Assembly: GCA_964589775.1 (NCBI GenBank)
Contig: CAZPUN010000013.1
Coordinates: 50,057 to 70,056 of the forward strand
Source: an uncultured archaeon
Lineage (GTDB): Archaea > Asgardarchaeota > Thorarchaeia > Thorarchaeales > CAZPUN01
DNA length: 20,000 bases
Direction: 5' to 3'
Of this stretch, positions 15,816 to 20,000 are shown piece by piece. Position 1 is the stretch's first letter; each line of letters starts with the position of its first letter. A model generated the notes under the pieces. The model worked only from the letters and a program-made list of their open reading frames with translations, was not told the origin of the DNA and did not search any database. The position numbers and the translations under genes are program-made.

Positions 15816-17420
15816 TTGAGTAATAATGAAATATATGTTTTGGATACGTCGATAGTAATTGATGGATGGTTGTCTAAGCAAATAAAATCTGGAAATTTCA
15901 ATAATTCAAAAATAGTTATTCCAAATGTAGTTATCGCAGAAATCGAATATCAATCAAACCAAGGATATTCTTCTGGTCGTGCAGGATTAGATGAATTAAT
16001 CGAATTACGAAATCTAGAAAAATCTGGTTTTATTGAACTGATGTTATTTGGTGATCGCCCCTCACTAGATCAAATAAAGCTAAGTTATGGTGGTGAGCTT
16101 GATGAACTTATTCGTGCAGTAGCTTTTGAATTAAATGCTACACTTATTACTATGGATAAAGTGCAGTCAAAAGTAGCGGAAATTCAAGGTATTAATGTAA
16201 TTCTTGTAAAGCCGATGCGTGAAAATGGATATAAAATAGAAGACTTTTTTGAAAGTGATATAATGTCTATTCATTTAGCAGAAGGTAATCCTCCGCGTGC
16301 TAAGCGAGGTTCTCCAGGTAATTGGCAATTAGTCACTTTAAGTGATGATATTTTAACAAGAGACGATATTAAACTTCTAATTGAAGATATTTTCTATCAC
16401 GCAAAAGCTATGCCTGATACATTTTTTGAGATACAGGATCGTGGTGCTACCGTAATCCAAATGCAAAATCTGAGAATTGTAATTACAACTCCTCCATTTT
16501 CGAATAAATATGAAATCACGGCAGTGCGTCCAATTGTTCATTTAACTATTGAAGACTATAACCTAGATAATCAATTATTGGCACGATTAGATACCCGCGC
16601 AGAAGGGATTCTTGTCGCCGGTTCTCCTGGTGCAGGAAAATCAACATTTGCTGCGGCATTGGCTGAGCGCTATGCAAATCAAAATAAAGTTGTAAAAACT
16701 ATTGAAAAGCCCCGTGATTTAGAAGTGCCTGATACGATTACACAATATACTACACTTTCAGACAATATGGAACGTACAGCTGATGTTTTACTTCTTGTTC
16801 GTCCAGATTATTGTATTTATGATGAATTACGTCGTACTGAAGATTTTCAATTCTTTGCAGATCTTAGATTTGCAGGTGTTGGTGTAGTCGGTGTTGTTCA
16901 TGCAAATGAACCTATTGATGCAGTACAACGCTTTTTATCGCGTGTCGAATTAGGACAAATCTCACGGGTTATTGATACTGTAATCTTTTTGAAAGGCGGA
17001 AAGATTACTCATGTTTCGTCATTAAATCTTACAGTTCGTGTCCCCTCCGGACTAGCTGAAAAAGACCTTGCACGTCCTGTTGTTGAAGTTCGTGATTTTC
17101 ATACTGGTGCTTTAGAATATGAAATCTATACATTTGGAGAACAAACAATTGTTGTTCCCATAAAAGGAAGCAAAAAACGGAAAGGCAAAAGAGAATCAAA
17201 GACAATTATTCCTAGTATATCTATTGAAAAGCGCCATATTGTTATTTATGTTGGACGTGAATATGCCGATCAAAAAATAACAATATTGTCTAATGGGAAA
17301 CCCTTATTTGACGCATTTGTTGGGAAGGAAGGAGTAGCTAAAATAAGAAAGAAAACAAAGAATGGACGCCTGTTATTTGACCATATTTCAGCAGGTGCAG
17401 ATATTAAAGTTCAGACTTAA
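15816..17420 (+). CDS. PIN-domain + VirB11/PilT-like ATPase with C-terminal KH-like region (PINA-type protein)
   Basis: PIN start IYVLDTSIVIDGWLSKQ, Walker A VAGSPGAGKSTFAAAL, VLLLVRPDYCIYDELRRTEDF, VVGVVHANEPIDAVQRFL. Start TTG 15816 (ORF open from GTG 15801), directly after the EndA-like stop. Confidence 0.85.
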   Translation: MSNNEIYVLDTSIVIDGWLSKQIKSGNFNNSKIVIPNVVIAEIEYQSNQGYSSGRAGLDELIELRNLEKSGFIELMLFGDRPSLDQIKLSYGGELDELIRAVAFELNATLITMDKVQSKVAEIQGINVILVKPMRENGYKIEDFFESDIMSIHLAEGNPPRAKRGSPGNWQLVTLSDDILTRDDIKLLIEDIFYHAKAMPDTFFEIQDRGATVIQMQNLRIVITTPPFSNKYEITAVRPIVHLTIEDYNLDNQLLARLDTRAEGILVAGSPGAGKSTFAAALAERYANQNKVVKTIEKPRDLEVPDTITQYTTLSDNMERTADVLLLVRPDYCIYDELRRTEDFQFFADLRFAGVGVVGVVHANEPIDAVQRFLSRVELGQISRVIDTVIFLKGGKITHVSSLNLTVRVPSGLAEKDLARPVVEVRDFHTGALEYEIYTFGEQTIVVPIKGSKKRKGKRESKTIIPSISIEKRHIVIYVGREYADQKITILSNGKPLFDAFVGKEGVAKIRKKTKNGRLLFDHISAGADIKVQT

Positions 17421-17472
17421 TGTATTATTAGAAAATCTTTTTTAATAATGCCCTATAAAAATCAATGAAAGC

Positions 17473-17595
17473 GGGCCCGTAGCCTAGCGGATAGACGAAT
17501 AGGTCCAAGGCGCTGGCCTCCTAATTTTAGTTGGAGCCAGTCAGTGGTCACGAGTTCGAAAGGTAAAAAACCCGAAACTCTCGTCGGGCCCGCCA
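17473..17595 (+). tRNA. tRNA-Arg (anticodon CCT) with three predicted introns: D-loop (17495-17508), anticodon loop (17524-17538), T-loop (17561-17578)
   Basis: Acceptor GGGCCCG/CGGGCCC, D stem GCCT/GGGC, anticodon stem CTGGC/GTCAG, loop CTCCTA|A, variable TGGTC, T stem ACGAG/CTCGT, T-loop TTCGAA|T, encoded CCA. Removing 14+15+18 nt gives a 76-nt tRNA. Confidence 0.88.
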
Positions 17596-17614
17596 ATTAA
17601 AAAAGGTGGGTCGC

Positions 17615-18094
17615 TTGATTTTTGAAAAGAATGAATTAATTGAATTTTTATCACATGCAGAACGATTGGTATTAATTGGGGTAGGTAATGAGAATTTAGG
17701 AGATGATGGTGTAGGAGTCTATATTGTAAATAGTATTCATAAAGCCACAAAATCTAATTTTGTATTAAATGGTGGTAGCGTTCCCGAAAATATTACTCAC
17801 AAATTAAGAAATTTATTGCCTACGCATATATTACTAATAGATGCCGCAAATTTTAATGAAGAACCTGGAAGTTTCATATTAGCAACATCCGACGATGTTG
17901 TTGGGAAATCAATTTCAACGCATCAATTACCTCTTTCTATTTTGATGAAATACCTTGAAAACGAATATCATGCAAATGTTCGTTTATTATGCATTCAGAT
18001 TGAATCAAAAATTCCTTCTATGAAATTAACACAAAGTGTGTTGCATACTGCAAATAATCTTATTAATATCTTAATTCCTTATTTTTCAAAATAA
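17615..18094 (+). CDS. Hydrogenase-maturation-protease (HycI/HybD) family protein
   Basis: LVLIGVGNENLGDDGVGVYIVNSI, THILLIDAANFNEEPGSF, STHQLPLSILMKYLE. TTG 17615 follows GGTG-N6 (ORF open from 17606). Confidence 0.75.
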   Translation: MIFEKNELIEFLSHAERLVLIGVGNENLGDDGVGVYIVNSIHKATKSNFVLNGGSVPENITHKLRNLLPTHILLIDAANFNEEPGSFILATSDDVVGKSISTHQLPLSILMKYLENEYHANVRLLCIQIESKIPSMKLTQSVLHTANNLINILIPYFSK

Positions 18095-18106
18095 GAGGTG
18101 AATATT

Positions 18107-19144
18107 TTGTATAAGACGGTAGAGTGGTTAGATAATAAAAATGCAGTAAAATTAATTGATCAAACAAAGCTTCCATTAAAAGAAAAATTCATTGTTACCA
18201 AATCATATAAACGAATTGCAAAGGCAATTAAAATTATGGAGGTTCGAGGAGCTCCTGCTATTGGTGTTGCCGCAGGGATGGGTATGGCATTAGCAGCTAT
18301 TGAGTCTAAAGCAAAAAATAAAGAACAATTAATTCACTTCTTAGAAAATGCGGGGAAAATTCTTACCTCAACGCGACCAACAGCTGTAAATCTATTCTGG
18401 GCAGTAGATCGTATGCTAAATAAAGCCCGTGAATTATCCGGCGACGTTGATTTTATCATCAATGAGTTAATAAAAGAAGCAAAACTAATTGCAGAAGAAG
18501 ATATACAATCTTGTATCAATATTGGAAAAAATGCCTTAGAACTGATTGAGGATGATTGGACAATTCAGACGATTTGTAATGCCGGTTCTTTAGCAACCGC
18601 TTGGTATGGTACTGTCGGTGGAGTAATTAGAGAAGCATATAAGAATAAGAAGGGCATAAAAGTTTATGCTGCTGAAACTCGTCCTAGATTGCAAGGTGCC
18701 AGATTAACTGTTTATGAATTTATGAAAGATAATATACCAGTTACACTAATTACCGATTCAATGATCGGAACCGTGTTTTCACAAGGAAAAATAAATTGTA
18801 TTGTTGTGGGCGCAGATAGAATATTAAAATCCGGACATGTAATAAATAAAATAGGTACATATACAATGGCAATAGTTGCAAAATATCATAACATTCCATT
18901 TTATGTTGCTGCTCCAATATCAACATTTGACCTAAAAACGCCTGTTGAAGAAGTCATTATTGAAGAACGTAGTGGTGATGAAATTCGTAAAATTAATGGT
19001 GAATACATCACTGTACCGGATGTTCCAGTGTACAATCCTGCATTTGACATAACTCCACCTGAATTGATCTCTGCTATAATCACAGAAAAAGGTATAATTC
19101 GAAATCCACAACCGGATACAATACTAAAACTTGTAAAAAGTTAA
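18107..19144 (+). CDS. mtnA: S-methyl-5-thioribose-1-phosphate isomerase-like protein (MtnA / aIF2B-related family)
   Basis: EVRGAPAIGVAAGMGMALA, TSTRPTAVNLFWAVDRM, TICNAGSLATAWYGT, ETRPRLQGARLTVYE, VVGADRI, NKIGTYTMAIVAKYH. TTG 18107 follows GAGGTG-N6. Confidence 0.85.
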   Translation: MYKTVEWLDNKNAVKLIDQTKLPLKEKFIVTKSYKRIAKAIKIMEVRGAPAIGVAAGMGMALAAIESKAKNKEQLIHFLENAGKILTSTRPTAVNLFWAVDRMLNKARELSGDVDFIINELIKEAKLIAEEDIQSCINIGKNALELIEDDWTIQTICNAGSLATAWYGTVGGVIREAYKNKKGIKVYAAETRPRLQGARLTVYEFMKDNIPVTLITDSMIGTVFSQGKINCIVVGADRILKSGHVINKIGTYTMAIVAKYHNIPFYVAAPISTFDLKTPVEEVIIEERSGDEIRKINGEYITVPDVPVYNPAFDITPPELISAIITEKGIIRNPQPDTILKLVKS

Positions 19145-19216
19145 TTGGCGCTTTTCTTTCCTTTTTTATTTTTGACAAATAATAATCTTTTTAATGATTT
19201 ATTTCAAGATATATAT

Positions 19217-19310
19217 GGGTCCGTAGTCCAGCCTGGATTAGGGCGCAGGCCTTCGGTCTTGTCAGGAAGATAGTCTGATGTCGGGAGTTCAAATCTCCCC
19301 GGACCCGCCA
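19217..19310 (+). tRNA. tRNA-Arg (anticodon TCG) with a predicted 15-nt intron at 37/38 (19257-19271)
   Basis: Acceptor GGGTCCG/CGGACCC, anticodon stem CAGGC/GTCTG, loop CTTCGG|A, T arm GGGAG-TTCAAAT-CTCCC, encoded CCA. CTTC/GAAG central helix. Confidence 0.9.
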
Positions 19311-19372
19311 TTTATAACACAATCGAAAGATTTTAATTATTATTGCCTTATAATCAAAACCACATGGTATAT

Positions 19373-19451
19373 GCCCCGGTGGTGTAGTCCGGCCTAGCAT
19401 TCAGGACTGTCACTCCTGAGATCTCGGGTTCAAATCCCGACCGGGGCGCCA
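19373..19451 (+). tRNA. tRNA-Asp (anticodon GTC), no intron
   Basis: Acceptor GCCCCGG/CCGGGGC, anticodon loop CTGTCAC in stem CAGGA/TCCTG, T arm TCGGG-TTCAAAT-CCCGA, encoded CCA. Confidence 0.95.
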
Positions 19452-19585
19452 GATCTTTCAAAAAATTCTGAAATACATTTCTTACAGTTAGAAATATTTT
19501 TAAGCGGTATAATGGGAATCTCATACGTTCAATTAGATAGTTAAAAACACATTTGCCATGTTTATGGCTTAAATCTAATAATTGT

Positions 19586-19698
19586 GGGCCCGTAGCTCAG
19601 AAACTTACCAATGAAGCTGGAACGGTAGAGCGTCAGGCTTTTATCAAAGTTCGGAAGAAACCTGCTGGCCGCGGGTTCAAATCCCGCCGGGCCCGCCA
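19586..19698 (+). tRNA. tRNA-Lys (anticodon TTT) with two predicted introns: D-loop (19603-19622) and anticodon loop (19644-19659)
   Basis: Acceptor GGGCCCG/CGGGCCC, D stem GCTC/GAGC, loop CTTTTA|A flanked by CAGG/CCTG, T arm GCGGG-TTCAAAT-CCCGC, encoded CCA. Confidence 0.88.
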
Positions 19699-19905
19699 TT
19701 CTAAAAATAGAAAATAATCATTGGTTGGAGAATATATTATAACATGACATTGGAGTCAATCTGTGGAGATGTATTCATATTGGTCGAGAATGAAATTGAA
19801 ATTGACCAAGGTCATTTTAGAAAAGATTATAACATAAAAATTATGAATGCATTTCCAATTATGATGAAAAAAATTTTTACTTAACTGGATGCGTGGTGTT
19901 TTATC

Positions 19906-20000
19906 TTGGATAATGAAAGAAATAGTCACTGGCCACTTGTAGAAGCTTTCTTGGAAAAGCATGGCTTAGTAAGCCAACATCTTGATTCATTTGATCGATT
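19906..20000 (+). CDS. rpoB: DNA-directed RNA polymerase subunit B (RpoB or split RpoB''), N-terminal fragment running off the window
   Basis: LDNERNSHWPLVEAFLEKHGLVSQHLDSFDR matches the conserved N-terminus of archaeal RpoB. TTG start with GGTG-N7. Confidence 0.8.
   Translation, partial: MDNERNSHWPLVEAFLEKHGLVSQHLDSFDR

Noticed and set aside
17524-17534. Shorter 11-nt anticodon intron for tRNA-Arg(CCT) using stem CTGGC/GCCAG
   Set aside because: It leaves a 9-nt variable region and no BHB; the CTGGC/GTCAG pairing gives a 15-nt intron, a TGGTC variable loop and a clean 3-4-3 BHB.

Overview
This 20 kb window looks like an ordinary archaeal housekeeping region, possibly Thermoplasmatota-like (an inference from gene content only). 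Protein-coding genes recognised: TFE-alpha, DUF2110, S4+FtsJ/TlyA-like methyltransferase, MBF1, PAN, UPF0173 hydrolase, methionine aminopeptidase, DUF1512, GatD/GatE, phosphoglycerate kinase, ribose-5-phosphate isomerase A, an EndA-like tRNA-splicing-endonuclease family protein, a PIN-KH-type ATPase, a HycI-like protease, an MtnA-like isomerase and the start of rpoB. There is also a 5S rRNA and a likely structured ncRNA. The most unusual content is the tRNA complement. I fold 12 tRNA genes by hand (one truncated at the window edge). Nine of them appear interrupted, by a total of about 15 introns: six in the D-arm, six at canonical 37/38, one in the variable region and two in the T-loop. tRNA-Trp and tRNA-Arg(CCT) each carry three. 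Nearly all sites can be folded as bulge-helix-bulge (BHB) motifs whose predicted cuts restore a normal tRNA, and several introns are only 14-16 nt. The same window encodes a single-unit EndA-like protein. In an ungapped alignment recalled from the M. jannaschii enzyme, it keeps the catalytic Tyr and Lys positions but has Thr at the catalytic His position. It therefore looks like a non-catalytic or diverged partner subunit of an endonuclease with relaxed specificity.
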